From Vicugna vicugna (Eukaryota), in NCBI GenBank assembly GCA_013265495.1, contig MU057648.1:62001-126000 (forward strand): a DNA stretch of 64,000 nt, given 5' to 3'. Positions 12,267 through 25,390 of this stretch are shown piece by piece. Below the pieces are notes generated by a model. The model was not told the DNA's origin and did no database searches. It saw only the letters and a program-made list of their open reading frames with translations. The first letter of the stretch is position 1; each line of letters starts with the position of its first letter. The position numbers and the translations under genes are program-made.

Positions 12267-15200
12267 GGGCCATAGTTCAAGTATCAGTTCGGTTTTCAGA
12301 ACCTCTGCAGTGTAAGACAGATCTATCCTACGTTTGTGCCACCCAGGAGCCCGTCTGAAATCTGGGGGGTCTACATAGTAGTTTCGTTCTCAAAGTCATT
12401 GGAATACTGTTTGGGGTCAGATCCATGCCTGTGAATCTAGGGGACCCGGGTCTCAAGCCTCCTCCTCTCCACAGTTTCTCCCACACCCTCCAGTTTTCAA
12501 GACCACTATCCCCTGGCCTCCAAGCTAGAATCCAGGCCTTGAGTCTGCCTGCTCTGCTGTACACATTCTGTGGCTTCTTCTGCTCTGGAACCAGGTGGCA
12601 GGATGAAGGGAGGGGGAAAAGCAAGGGGATGCCTCCCCTCGAAACACACCCTTCAAGCCACAGCTGTGGTCAGACGGAAGGATGCCCCTCAGAGCTTTAG
12701 GATCTCTGCCGGCTGTCGCCGCTGCTGCTCCCACCCGGTTTCAACTTCAGAATGAGGCTTGCCCAGGGACAGGGCTGGACGAGAAAAGAGGAAAAAAAGA
12801 GGGCAACAAGGATTTCCCTCATTCTGTTTGTCCTGAAGGGGCCCTTCTTCCTACTCCTCAGACCAGAAAGACAGGGCTGCTCTTGGAGTTTTTTCTTTCC
12901 ATTTCCAGGGTCCACACTGCCCCTGAGACCATGGCCAGCAGATACAGGAGCAAAAAGCAAAACAAGAAACTCGCCACCAGACTGTTTACACTCCAAGTTC
13001 TGGTTCCCTCTCCCAATCCACCTGCTACCATTTCTTCCTCAAAGTCCACGGATAGCTGCTTCCTACATTCCGCCCAGGGTTTTTAGTTGCACTCAGATGG
13101 AAGGACAGACTCTGCTTACTCTGTCTTACTCAGAACTGAAACCCTAAGAAATGTCTTTTTGAAAATATATGCTCATGCGTGGCGGGAGGCTAATAGCTCA
13201 GTGGTAGTCCCGTGATGGCCGGGACGGAGGCCTCCTGCCTACGGCCATGTGAATGCATCGTCTTGGAAGTGGACCCTCCAGCCCCAGTCAAGCCTTCGTG
13301 TGACTACAGTCCTGGGTGACATCTGACTGCCCCTTGTGAGGGAGACCCTGAGTCAGAGCTGTCCAACTCAGCCACTCCCAGGTGCCTGATCCACAGAAAC
13401 CGGGAGATAATTTATATGTGTTGCTCTAAGCCATAGTGTTTGGGGATAACTTGCTCCCCCAGATCAATACAATAGATGCTACCCTGCACCACACCCAAGG
13501 CACTGTCCCCACTGTCATCTGTCCAATGGACCACAGTGATAGTTCCCTGGTCTCCCTGCCTCCTGCCACAAGCCCCTTCAATTTCTCCTCCACATAGGAT
13601 CCAGACCAAACTGAAGGGCCATTATCCAGAAAGCTTTACTGCACTTTTGCCTGCTCAAAACCTTCCACAGCCCCCCTGTATTCTGTGTTATTGCTAAGAG
13701 GTGTACAACTGAGCAGGAACAGTGTGATGGTGGAGTTCCTGGTGTCCCTGAGCTGACTGGGGAGCAGAGGAGAGAGGAAGAGTCCTTGTTTGCCCTGGCC
13801 CCCTGGAATGACAATCCCAGGGCCCGCAGGGGAGGGCAGGAGGGGCCCCCTGGCAGCTGGGGCCAAGACAAGGCAGCTGCTTTGTTCTGAATCCACAATG
13901 GCAGGATGCCCGGCACAGGCCCGGCTTCCTCCAAGGCAGGGCGAGGGGGTGGGAGCTAGGCCAGGGGCATGCCTGGGCCCTCGCTGGGCAGGGGGAGGCT
14001 GGAGGGAGGAGAGCATGAGAAGCCTTGGGAGAGGAGCTGGGAGGCATCTGTATGAGCTAACATTACTTGACGACCCGCTAGGTTTCAGGCACTGTCGCTA
14101 AGCACATGCCATGCCTTAGCCTCCAGGATCTAGATCAGGGTGGGCTCTGCTGCTGCCCCCAAATAACACAGACACACAGGAGGGGACGACCCTACCCCCC
14201 CACCCCTGGTCATACAGCTCAGACTTGCCAGGGCTGGGATTTGAACCCAGGTCTGACCCCTGCTTTTGCCTAGTCTTCTCCCCCTACTCCATCCACGCCA
14301 GGCTGGTGCTGGTGCCAGGGAGCCGGCAGTGAGCGGTCATCTCAGCCCTCCCAGAGCCCTGGCCAGTAGAGGACAAAGGCGATAAACCAGCTCTGAGAGT
14401 GAGGTGTGCTCAGGGCCCGGCCTGGGGATCTGGGGTGACCTTTGGCTGTGGCTGTCAACCCAGCCTGGTAAGGGGCAGGGCAGGGACAGGGATTGGTGGA
14501 AAGAGCTCCCAGGAATGGTGACACCTGCTATTCCGAGAAGGATTCCCGGCAGGGACTAGGTACAAGGAGGGAGGCTCAGAAAGGTGAAGTGACTTGCCCC
14601 AGGCCACAGAACAAGTAAGAAGCAGAGCCTGGAGGGTCAGTGGCCTGTCAGTGAGAATCACCTGCAGAACCCTTCCCTGAGGGGATTCCTGTCAGTGAGA
14701 AAAGTGCCTGGGACACAAGCCCAGGTTTCTGACTCCCAGTCCAGTGCTCAGTGTGCCCACTGCTGGGAGGAGAGAGAAGCTGGGCTTCAACTCTGCCCTT
14801 GAGGGAATCACCTCAGTGCCATCCCATCCCCCATCCCACCCCGACAACCGCCAGGTGCTGGCTTCGATCAGATGGGAAACTTACTCTTAAGCCAAGCACT
14901 TCCTGGGGCCCAGGAGCCAGGGCGAGGTCACTGCGGGAGGCTCCTGCTATGGCAGGGGGCCCCCTTGAATGTGGAAGGGTCCTGAGTACCAAGGAGGCTC
15001 TGCCCCTACAAAGCCATCTATCCCTGTCAGGTCTGGCCAGGCCTCAGAGTGGAGCCCAGAGGTATCCAGGGTACATGGGACAGGGCTGGGCCAGTGGCAT
15101 CTCTGAGTCACAGGGAGGGTGGGTGGCCAGTGACTCAGCCTAGGCCCACTTCCCCTCGGCAAGGCCAGCCTGGGCGGAGGCCTATGCTGGGAAAACCTGC

Positions 15201-16368
15201 ATCTGTCCTCCCTGGGCCAGGGGCCTACCAGCCCCTCGCCACCCCCAACCCCACCCTGAGGCTGACCCGGTACGCTGCCCTGTGTAGCACTGGCTGGCAC
15301 AGCAGACATCCATGAATTCTGGCTACTGAAGCAACGAATGATTCCCCTAGCCCTGGCCTGGCCTAGCTCCCACCCTCCCACTTACCAGATGGGCCTGGAG
15401 CCTCAGAGAGTGGATGCCTAGCCCAAGATGGGGACCAAGCCATCTGGCACCATCACCCACCTCTCCCCTGGCCCTGCTCACCAGTCTTCTCACCAGAATC
15501 CTCGCCATGGGGGACCATCAGCCCACTTTGCAGATAAGGAAGCCGAGGCTGAGAGGGGCAGTACCTACCTACCCCAGGTGCAATGAGGTGGGTGGAGCAG
15601 GATTAGGCCCCAGGTCTCTCTAACCCAGGCAGGGTCCTTATGGTTTTTAACAGGCAGCCTCCAGTGGAGGCAGGTGGCGGCTGGAATTAAGTGAATAGAG
15701 TCAAGGACAGAGGAGTGATGATCTGAGTCAGGACAGCTGGTCAGAGAGGAGCCCAGCAGACTCCAAGCTGAGACTGTGGCCCCAGGTTCCCCCCGTGGCA
15801 GCCCTGGAGCTCCCCCCACCCCAATTCCTTGCCCTCTGCTCCCACAGCCCTGGGCATGGCCCCTGGTCAAGGCCCTTCCTTCCTCAGGCTTCCTTTTTGG
15901 GGTTTTCTTTTAGAGGAGAGCTGCAGATTGGGTTTCTCTCCCCTTAGCTGTGAGAAGGGAGATGCAGATGTAGGAAGAGGTGCAGGTGGGTGGGCCTGGC
16001 CTCAGTGGGAACCTGCAGGAAGCTGGTGGGAGCAAAGGCGGAATCCAAGGAGAGGTGAGGCCACGGGGCCAGACCCTGACAGCCTTGTGGTCTGGGGCAG
16101 GAAGATCTGACCTTGTCCTGAGCAGTGTGGAGCCACAGAGGCTGTGTGTTCTAAGAGACTCCGGGGCAGGGCTGGCGTGCAGGAGCCGGAGCAGAGGGCT
16201 GGGGTGGGGGCCTGGCCGACCACAGCAGTAATGGTGGAGGTCCTCGCTTCTGTGTGGGCGGCTAGCAGCCAGTGTGCCCTCTGCTCTCCCGATATTTCCT
16301 TTTCTTCCTCCCTATATTTCCTTAGCTGCCACCCCTGAGGAATGACACAGATGTCCACGCAAAAATAG

Positions 16369-16374
16369 TTTATT
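16369..16374 (-). other. SLC35E4: Candidate polyadenylation signal (AATAAA) of SLC35E4
   Basis: tttatt on + strand about 510 nt downstream of the stop codon, in GC-rich context. Confidence 0.6.
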
Positions 16375-16881
16375 TGAGGACGGAAGACCCAAAACTGGGG
16401 AGCCCGGGGCTGAGGCCACAGCAGCTGCCTGGAGTTGGCACAGACGACCCCAACTCCCTAGGAAGCCCAGTGGCAAAGAAGCCCTTCCCCAGGCCCCTAG
16501 CTGCCTCCCCCACTTCCTGGAGGAAGGATTGCGCGACCGCCAAGATTCATCGTCGTCGCCATCAGAACACGGTTTGGCCAGCAATACTCGGCGTCATAGT
16601 TGATACTAATTGTAATAATTACTCTCACAGGCACAGTGCCTGCACCGGGCTCGGACCCACCATCCAGTGGTGAGTGGGGACTGAGGCGAGGAGAGGCGGG
16701 CAGGGACAGGAGAGGGGTCTCTCCGGGAGTCCCCATTCCAGCCTCCAAGGTGGCCCTTCTGGAAGGCCTGTCTTCCCCGTGGGCCCCAGAGGCTGCCCGC
16801 TCTCCACGTTTCCCATGGCCACAGGCCAAGGCTGGATTCAAGCTGGGGCTGTCCCAGGTGGTCCCTGTGAGCCCTCAGGTC

Positions 16882-17315
16882 TCAGAGACCCTTGCCAGGC
16901 TGGTCCCTCCGCCAGAAGCCCCGGCGGGCAGCCCAGGAGGCCACGAACTCGCAGTTGTGGTAAAGGAACATTCCTGAAAGGGTGAGCGCGATGCCCACGT
17001 AGCTGAGGGCGCTAAGGCAGCTGCCAAACAGGATCCGGGACAGGACGAGGTTGCCCACGACAGTGAGGTTGCCCAGGACGTGGACAGTGAGGGCTGAGGT
17101 GAGGGCCAGCAGGGAGAAGCTGGCCAGGTTGTAGAGTACGGACAGGAGGCAGCTGAGCAGGATGCAGGCCCAGAGGCGGGAGTCAGTGGGAGCGGGCGGC
17201 GGCGCCACGCCGGCCTCCAGCACCAGGGCCGCGCCTGCCAGCAGGCAAAAGCTGGGCAGCGAGGTGGCGTAGAGCAGGGTCATCGCGTCCAGCCTCTCCT
17301 CCTGCAGCAGGGCAC
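16882..17315 (-). CDS. SLC35E4: Solute carrier family 35 member E4, coding exon 2 (434 nt, includes stop)
   Basis: Acceptor cctggtttcag. (S)[22 protein letters not shown]...[17 protein letters not shown]...[12 protein letters not shown]. 619+434=1053 nt, 350 aa. Confidence 0.95.
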
Positions 17316-17958
17316 CTGAAACCAGGACGGCAGCTGTCAGCACCGTCAACCCCACCTGGCCCGCCCTGCATGACCCATGGTCCTCAGGAAGCCTGCCCCA
17401 GCCCCTCAGGCAGAATCAGTGACTCCCCTCGCTCTGTAATGTGAAGGTCAAGATTCCGGAGTCAGACCACCTGGGTGGTGACCTGTATTGCGCCTTACTA
17501 GCTGTGACCTGGCACTTAACTTCTGTAGGCCTCTGTTCACTCACCTACGAAGTTTTATAACCTAATAGGCAGGGTAGTTGTAAAGATTAAAATAGATAAT
17601 GTATAGAAAGCCCTTATAAGTGCTCAGCAAACATAAAAAGGTAAGATAAATAAGGCCAATATCACCTACTCAAACCACCCCCCGGAGGCTGAAACAATAA
17701 TCCGCTTGTGATATCCCAATGATCATAAACATGGGGAAAAGAAATCTTCAGGGACTCCCCAGTGGAAAAACACATCGTGGGCTCTTAGCCAGCTTTGTAG
17801 GCCCTGTGCCAAGTGACCCCGACCAAGCTTTCTTGGCGTCAGCCCTTCTGGAACCCACTGCCCCACAGTGCGGCTCCCACATCAGAGCAGGGACAGGCTC
17901 ACAGCAGGTCCCAGCCCTGCCACTTACTAGCTATGTGGCCTTTACATTAAAAAAAGTT

Positions 17959-18050
17959 GGGGATAGCTCAGTGGTAGAGTGTGTGCTTAGCATGCACAAG
18001 GTCCTGGGTTCAATCCCCAGTACCTCCATTTAAACAAAAAAAGAAAGAGA
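17959..18050 (+). mobile_element. tRNA-Ala-derived SINE (camelid vic-1-like)
   Basis: ggggatagctcagtggtagag...ttagcatgcac..ggtcctgggttcaatccccagtacctcc with A and B boxes and A-rich tail; sister copies at 26608 and 58348. Confidence 0.8.
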
Positions 18051-21000
18051 AAGTTTTATTAAAATAACAAAAATTGTTTGAGTCAAATGTTCAATGACTT
18101 ATGACCACTGGGATGACAGGGGAACAAGAAAGTCATTGTCTGCCCTTGGCTGTCATTCACTGTTTATCACCATCTTTTGCTACCAACACTGGGGTTTGTC
18201 AAGGTGAATCCGGGACAAAGAGGAAATCTAAGGCTTTGCAAGGGAAGAGGAAGTCCTATTGCATTGCACCGGGGTGCCTGCACCGGTGTGTGCGTGCACA
18301 CGTGATACCACCCCACTCGTTCACAAAAGAAGTGGTGCCCATCCTAAAATCACGTACGGCTCAGGTGAAATGACAGTATTTGCGTGAAGGCAACAACGAT
18401 CTGGGGCCTTCTCCAAGTTTTCGCGGAGGGATGAGTAACGGATCCTGGTCCCCTCCCAGGGCTCTCTGAGCCTCTATGCATTTTCTGACACACAATTTCC
18501 AGAGGTGCTTACTCATAGGCTATGCTTAGAATAGGAAATCTTATTTCTCTCTCGATTTCATTCTAATGTTTTGGCTTTGTTCTCTAGGCAACAGTCCCTC
18601 TGGCTCAAGCATTTCTAGAAATGAACAGATCATTGGAATGCCTCCTGTTCATTGGCTCCAAATTTAGCACCGTCATGAGCTGCCCATGTCGGGCATGTGA
18701 AAGGTGCAATCCCTGGAAGGTGTTGAGGATTTCAGGTGACCTTCACCTCTGGCAAATTTCACCTTCTGCGGGGCAGCCAGGCAGGAAGGTCCTTCCCTCC
18801 CCACTGGTCCCTCCGCCAGAAGCCCCGGCGGGCAGCCCAGGATCTGCTCTGTATCCCACTCTGCCCTCCATCTCCCCTTGCATCTGCTCTGTATCCCACT
18901 CTGCCCTCCACCTCCCCTCCCTGCAGCCCAAGGAAAGAGCAGTGATCCTCAGCCAGAGGTGATGCACCCCACCCGGGGCCCCCAAAATGCCAAGCCGGTC
19001 GTCCTGCTGTCTCAGTGACCCCTCCTCTGCCAGCTCCCCACAAACCCTGCATTTCAACCTCTCCTCCTCCAAAGACATTTTTGTTTCAGCCTCTGAACAC
19101 ACCCAACCTTCAGCCACATGCAAACAAATGTTCTCTAGACCCTGTCTGGCTGGCTACTGGCTTCTCTCCTCTCTGCTCCATCATGAGCTGTGTGGTATTA
19201 CACAAGTCACCTTCCCTCTACGCCTGTCCTCTTGTGTCAGCAAGGGGTATGTGAGGTGCTAAGCACAGGGCCTGGTGCCCAGGGCAACTGCTCACCGCGG
19301 CAGCTGTCACGACCCCCATGCCCTGCTCCCGCCCGCTGACACCCGCTCCCAGACTGCCCTCTCTGGCTCTGGCCGTGTGGAGAGCTGGACACATGGTGAG
19401 GGCTCAGCAAGCGTTTGCTACTATTCTTACGTTATTGTTATCATCGCTGCCTGCCTCCTCCCCTAGGCTGCCTTCTCTGGTCTCCCCTAGACGTAACTGC
19501 TGACCACACCTGTGCCCACCTTGGCCCTGGCACTTCTCCCTCGCTGTGTGATCTCTAGGTCTGAGGGCACCCCCTGACTAGCCTGAGAGTGCAGCGGACA
19601 GGGATCGGGTCAGGCCATTCCCCATTGCAGGTGGGTATAGCTGAGGACAAGTTCAGCACTTCCCACCCTGCTTCCCAGCCTTTCTGTGAGTGGGAAGGTG
19701 GCACCCTCGTGTAGGCCCCTCGGCCGGCAACTGGCCCAGGAAGGAGGGAAGCTGCCGGATCTGTCTGTGGCTGCCTGGGCACGCCTCTTCCTGGACTTTC
19801 ATCCTCTGCTCCTGTGCAGCCTGTCCTTAGGAAAGGAGCTGATGTCAGCCATTTACACTCTAGTCTGAATCTAGTCCTGGTACCTTTCCTGGAACCTCTG
19901 GAAGTAGAAACCTTCTCTTGCCCAGAAACCCATGTCAGCCCCTGTCTCCAGTATATTCCTCCCCACCTCTGCCAGGCTTCTGCCTTAGCCTCCTAAGCTC
20001 CTCCTTAGCACCTTGAGCCATGTAGCCTCAACAGCCTGCCAGTGTTGCCACCAGAGCCATTAATAAATCCACCACTTAAGGGCTACCTGCCCTGTGCCAG
20101 GCCCCAGGTCACGTGCTGGGGACACAGAGCTGCCCCAAAGCCAGGCCAGGCCCTCTCAGAGCTCCTGTCTGGTGGGAAGCAGACAGGTAATCAAGTGGCT
20201 ATGACACAGGGCATGTGGGGTTCTGATGGCGGAAGCAGAGGGTGCTCGGGGAGCCTGGAGAAAGCATCCAATCCACCTCAGGGACCAGGCAGGAGACAAG
20301 GAGGGAGCTAGCAGAGCCAAGGAGCAGCCTGATGCCAGGCACCTGCTGCTCCTGGCCCGTGTGCCCGAGATGTGGGTGGACGTAGCCTGTCCTGCAGGCC
20401 GGGCTCCTCCTAGGTGTGGAGCACTGGGCAGGCATGGTGGGGCCTCAAGGCTGGGGCCTTCTCAGCCTTCTGGCCCTGCCCAGGGCAGGGCACGAGGTCA
20501 AGTTTCCCACTGACTCATGCATGCCCAGAGCTCAGACCCTAGCTCTCATGTAACCTGAGGGCAAAAATAGAACTGGAGGGCCCTGGAGGACAGGGATAGG
20601 TCCTGGCGCTGCAGATGCCAGGGCAGGGTTGAGCTCTGACTTCAACCTTCCCTGACTGCAGGCTGCTCCTAACCCCAGTCCAGTGCCCTGGGAGCACCCC
20701 TTTTCCTCTCCCAGGCTTGGGTCATAGGACCTCAGAGCTGGAAGGGAGGGAGAGCATGAAGGCCCTGAGAGCACCGAAAATATGGGGAGACTGAGGTGCA
20801 GACAAGATCCAGACCTGCCCAAGGTCATCCAGCAAGGATGAGCCAAAGTGTGGCTAGAACCCAGGCCTCTCCACCCTGAGTGGGTGCCCTGGACTTCACC
20901 ATGTCTCCCTTGGATTGAGGCAGAGAGAGGGTGGGGGCTGTGACTCAGAGCCCCTCAGTAGGACAGGCCAGAAGGTGGCCTCCACCCTTGGGCAGAATGA

Positions 21001-21491
21001 TTTAGCTGGGTCTAGGCCTGGAGCCTCCACCCGACCCTCTGCCCAGAGCCCTGAACCCCTTACATCAGAGCTGAGGTCCAGAGTGACATGGACCAGGATT
21101 CCAGTCCTTAGGAGCTGTGTGACCTGGGCAAATCACGAACCTCTCTGGGCCTCAGTTCCATCATCTGTAAAATGGGGATGAAGGTGGTGGTTGCCATGAT
21201 GACTCAAGGTCAACACTCGGCATGGGGCCTGTTACACTGTAGCTTCTAGTAAACACCAGCCCTTCCCAGATTTCGCCAAACCCCTCACCATTCAAATCCC
21301 AGCTCACAGCCTTCCTCTCTTCTGTCTCCCTGGTCCCTGCCATCAGGCCTCCCTCTGGATCCGCAGCCTTATGCCTCATCATTTGGACAGCGTGGAGTCT
21401 GCTGCCTGGGTTCAAATTTGCCTCCGCAGCTCACATGGCCCAGGGCAAGCCCCCTCTACCTGTCAAATAGGGGCAATATAGTGACTTCCTT

Positions 21492-21533
21492 GATCAGGGC
21501 AGTAGAGAGATCAGGGCAGTAGAGAGATCAGGG
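21492..21533 (+). repeat. 17-bp tandem repeat (gatcagggcagtagaga x2.5)
   Basis: Directly visible perfect duplication. Confidence 0.9.
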
Positions 21534-21791
21534 AGATAAAGGACTTGACAAAACACGGGCCACAGATCTAGACAGCAACTCTTACTAAATCCTGGTTGGG
21601 CCTGTAGAGCCTAAGTTTGGGGCCTGGAACTCACTGAGCTGCTGTCCCTTTCTGAGCCTCAGTCCCTGCCTCCTCCAAAGCCACACACCTCAGTTTCTTC
21701 ATCTGTAAAATGGGATAATGACCTCAAGAGCCTCCAAGGCCATGCTCCCACCCTGGCCCCCACCTCCTCAGCCAGCGACCTGGGTACTCAC

Positions 21792-22410
21792 TCTGCTGAA
21801 TAGACTTGAGGCCACGGAGGCAGGTGGCCGCCAGCAGGAAACCACAGCCGGCGGGGGGTGTCCGGAGCTCTCCAGCCAGGCTGCAGGCAGCCCCCAGGCA
21901 GAGCGGGCCCATGGCGGCGAACTGCAGCGGGTGGTGGCGCCGGCCAAGCAGCAGGGCTGACAGGGCCAGCGTGATCAGTGGGGTGGTGGTGGTCGCCAGC
22001 TGCGCCAGGTCCAGGGGCACAGCGCTCAGGCCCACGTTGCCACAGGCCATCGAGGTGCCAAAGGTGAGGCTGAGCAACAGCACTTGACAATGGGTGCGGC
22101 CAGGCATGGGTCGCCGTGCCCCCCGGTGGCACACCAGTGCTGCTGCCAGCATGTGCAGCGCAGAGAGCAGCAGGGGCCGCCCAAAGCCGTGCACCGTGAA
22201 AATCCACTTGTTGAGGCTGGACATGCTGGCTCCCGACAGCAGCCACACCAGTGCCGCCATGGCCACCCGGGCCCGGCCAGGCCGCCCCAGGGCCTGAGGG
22301 GTGTCGGGGGGCCAATCTGGGGACCCAGCCAACCGCGCCCCGCCAGACACTGCCACTGCCTCAGCTGAGGTCATCCTGCTGTCATGGTGCTCCGGTGGGC
22401 AGCGGCACAT
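21792..22410 (-). CDS. SLC35E4: Solute carrier family 35 member E4, coding exon 1 (619 nt)
   Basis: [17 protein letters not shown]...[24 protein letters not shown]...[15 protein letters not shown]/nucleotide-sugar transporter family features. Donor A|GTGAGT at 21791. Confidence 0.95.
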
Positions 22411-22679
22411 CCGTACCAGAGGGGCTGGCGCGGGAGGCCGGCTCCCCGGTGACCAGCTCTGGGCCACCAGAGAGCCCCACTTTGGGTCAGGCCAGACCTG
22501 GGTTCCTGGAATGCCACCGAGTCTCAGACAGGTGAGGGCACTGCTTCTTGTGCCTGGCCTGCGCCAGCCTGGGGCCAGGAGCTAAGCTGCGTTCCCTGCT
22601 CAGGCAGGTCAGAGCCCAAGTCGCTGTTGCTGGGATGCCAGGCTCTCAGGGGCTCAAGCCTGGCCTAGTAGGCGTCGGG

Positions 22680-23280
22680 CACCTCTGCCCCGTGCCAGGG
22701 ACGTCTCCACGCTTCTCCCCTACTAGTGCCAACGCTAGGCTTACATGGAATCCTCCGTCCTTTTTCTCTTCGGTCCAGACCGCGGGACCTCCTGCGTGCT
22801 CAGGCCCGGCGGGGGCGATGCGGGCTCCCGCGCCCCGTGGTGCCGGTGGTGGGGCTCGCTGCCTCCAACAGTGCCCTGGGCCTGCGGGTAGCTGACAGGC
22901 CGGCCCGCGCTCCGGCCGGTGCCAGGCGGCGAGCTCGGCTCAGCTCGGCTCCGGCTGGGCCTGCGCTCCAGCTCCGGCTCCCGGGAGCTCGGGCTGCGTC
23001 TCAGGCTGCGGCGGCGGCTCCCGCCAGGCTCGGGCGGAGAGCGAGGCTCCGCGCTCTAGGCCCCGCCTCCACGGCCGCCCCTCGCGCCCCACCCGGAAAA
23101 TTGGGCCGAGCCCCTCGCGCCACCTCTGGCCAAGCCCCGCCCCCGGGAGGGATGTCCTGCCCTGCCTCCGCTCCGCCGGCTCGCAGCTCCTCCTCCATCG
23201 GCCTAGCGTCCCCTCCATCAGCAGAGCCCCCTAGCTGGAGTGGTCAGCCTGTCTGTCCCTTCTCGCCCCACCGGTGGGGG
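22680..23280. promoter_or_regulatory. CpG island / SLC35E4 promoter
   Basis: Very CpG-rich with GC boxes (ccccgcccc, ccccgcctcc), upstream of the SLC35E4 ATG on the - strand. Confidence 0.8.
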
Positions 23281-24158
23281 ATCAAGCCCCTGCTCACCGA
23301 GAGCCAAGGCAAGTCCCCCACAGAGAGGAACACAGGGCGGGAGACCCTGGGGTATCTTTCTGAGGCAGCCTGATAAAAAGCCCTAGCTTCACAGAAGACT
23401 CCAACTTCAAGGACCCCCACCCCACTAGACTTCATCCTAGTACCAGCCTCGGGAACACCCAATCTCTGGCCACAGTTATCCAGTGGGACCTCCTCAGCCA
23501 TTAGAATTGACCACTTGCCCCTTAAGGCCACTCCCTTGCCCCACCCTAATAGTAACACCTCCTCTCTCTTCCAGCCCAGGATGGCCCCCTCGAGGCAGGC
23601 AGATGGAAGCTGAATCACCAAAGCCACCCACAGCTGCGGAAGCAGGGTCTTGCCGGCTGGCATCTATCCCCAGCCAGCGGCCCCTGTCCCATCCCCTGGG
23701 CACTCAGAGCTGACTCATAGCTGGACTTCCTGGGGTCTACCCTCTGCCTCTAGCCCTTGCAGGACAAAGAGCCCTAGGTGGGCTGGGAGCCAGAGCAGCT
23801 GCCACTAAGCCCTTGCCCTTGCCTGGGTCTTGCCTTTCCCATCGTAACAGACGGTTCCTCTCTGAACTCAGGGTCTGGGAAACAGCACACACTCTCAGAG
23901 CAGGACAGGCTGATCAGGATTCCAGGCTGGGCCGTGGCCTCTCTGAGCTCTGGAGTCCAACTGTGAAAGAATCATAGGTGCCCAGTGCCAGCTGCGAACC
24001 TCTTTCCTGATGTTGGGCTTCCTTCTCTGTGTAAGCCCCTTGCCCACTGGGACACGGTTCATCCCCCTAGCCTGTTGTCTCACCAGTAAGTCCTTGATGA
24101 CAGCAGCCTGTCTGGAGGAGTAAGACCACAAAGAGGGATGGCTTAATACGGTCTATGT

Positions 24159-24275
24159 CGCCCTCTTGTGGTCAGAATGCAGAATTGCTGCAAATGTCCC
24201 CTCATCTCCATCCCAATCTTTGGACTGGGATTAAAATCTCCCAGCCCCACTGTTGATTCAGATGCCCTCTAGTGG
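24159..24275. promoter_or_regulatory. Two same-orientation CTCF-like motifs
   Basis: CGCCCTCTTGTGG at 24159-24171 and TGCCCTCTAGTGG at 24263-24275 match the CTCF core. Confidence 0.6.
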
Positions 24276-24365
24276 GCCCAAGAATGTGCTTTTCTTTTCT
24301 TCCATTTGCCTCTGGTGATTCTGATGCCCACAGGAGCTTGCAAATCACTGCTGGATAGTCCAAAT

Positions 24366-24827
24366 TGTAGGGCGGGAGATTTCTACGTGAAGGCCTGGGT
24401 AGGACCTCTGTCTCTACAAGGATTAAATCCTGAGCTGCTTCAGCCGCTGACCTTCAACACACCCTGAAAGGTGATCAGGAATGAGGCACTCTGTGCTCTG
24501 GGAAAACTGGCAGAACAGGCTTCAGATATTTTCGGGAGAATTTTATGAGCCCTAATTCTTGCATCTCCTCATATCTAGAAAAGAACTAAAATCATTAATG
24601 GTGACATCTGCTCCTCGTGACCAGAGGCAAGCCTCTGCCAAAATGTGTGCTTGACTGCACGTACCCCCCTTCACTGAACTCGTATATAACACTGAGTTCC
24701 CCCTCCCTCTTCAGAGCAGCTACTCGGAGCTCTCTGTAATGCTGTCTCCCTGGCTGTAGTCCTCATCTTGTCCCAAATAAAACTGAACTCACAACTCTCA
24801 CGTTGTGGGATGTTATTTCAGCTAACA
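24366..24827 (+). mobile_element. Probable solo ERV1-type LTR (boundaries approximate)
   Basis: TG...CA ends, TATA-like gtatataa near 24682 and AATAAA near 24776. Confidence 0.6.
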
Positions 24828-25384
24828 GTAGGCCTTGGTGGGAGGGAGCAAGCTCTACACCCTGGGAGGGTAGCGGGGGGGAGGCTGAAGGCAGAGCCCA
24901 AAGCAGGGGTTGTGCAGCAAGTGGGGTGGCGTCCTAACTGTGCTTTGGGGAAAAGCTCTGGGTCCTGAGCCACCAGTTGAATTTGGACTCTGCCATGTAA
25001 TCTTAACAATCATTGAAGCCCCCAGTTTTTAATGCTTGAGTGGAGGAGCCAGGAGGCCACCCTAGACCAGATCTGTCTCTTAGCCACGCCCCCAGCCTGA
25101 CACTGTGAGTGAGTCATTCTCCCTCTCTGAGCACCGATTTCCTTGTCTGTAAAGCAGAGAGGAAAACAGAAGTATGAGCAACCTCAGAGTTGTGCAAGAA
25201 ATTGTCTAGCATGTACATGCTCCCTAGACAATAATCAACGTCACAACCGCCACATCGGTCCCCCCAGTACCCCAGAGAACGCTCACCCTGCTCCTGCTCC
25301 CTGAGGGGTATCTCCCCCTTTTCTGCTCTAGTCCCTGCATTGGTTCCAAACATGAGGCTCAGGATGCTGGGACTCAATCAACTC

Positions 25385-25390
25385 TTTAAT
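25385..25390 (-). other. TCN2: Candidate polyadenylation signal (ATTAAA) of TCN2
   Basis: tttaat on + strand about 470 nt downstream of the TCN2 stop. Confidence 0.5.

Noticed and set aside
17959..18029. Possible real tRNA-Ala(AGC) gene
   Set aside because: A-rich tail, diverged sister copies with target-site duplications, CpG decay and an imperfect acceptor stem indicate a SINE.
22726..23373. 215-aa plus-strand ORF antisense to the SLC35E4 promoter
   Set aside because: Ala/Pro/Arg-rich CpG-island artefact with a non-ATG start.
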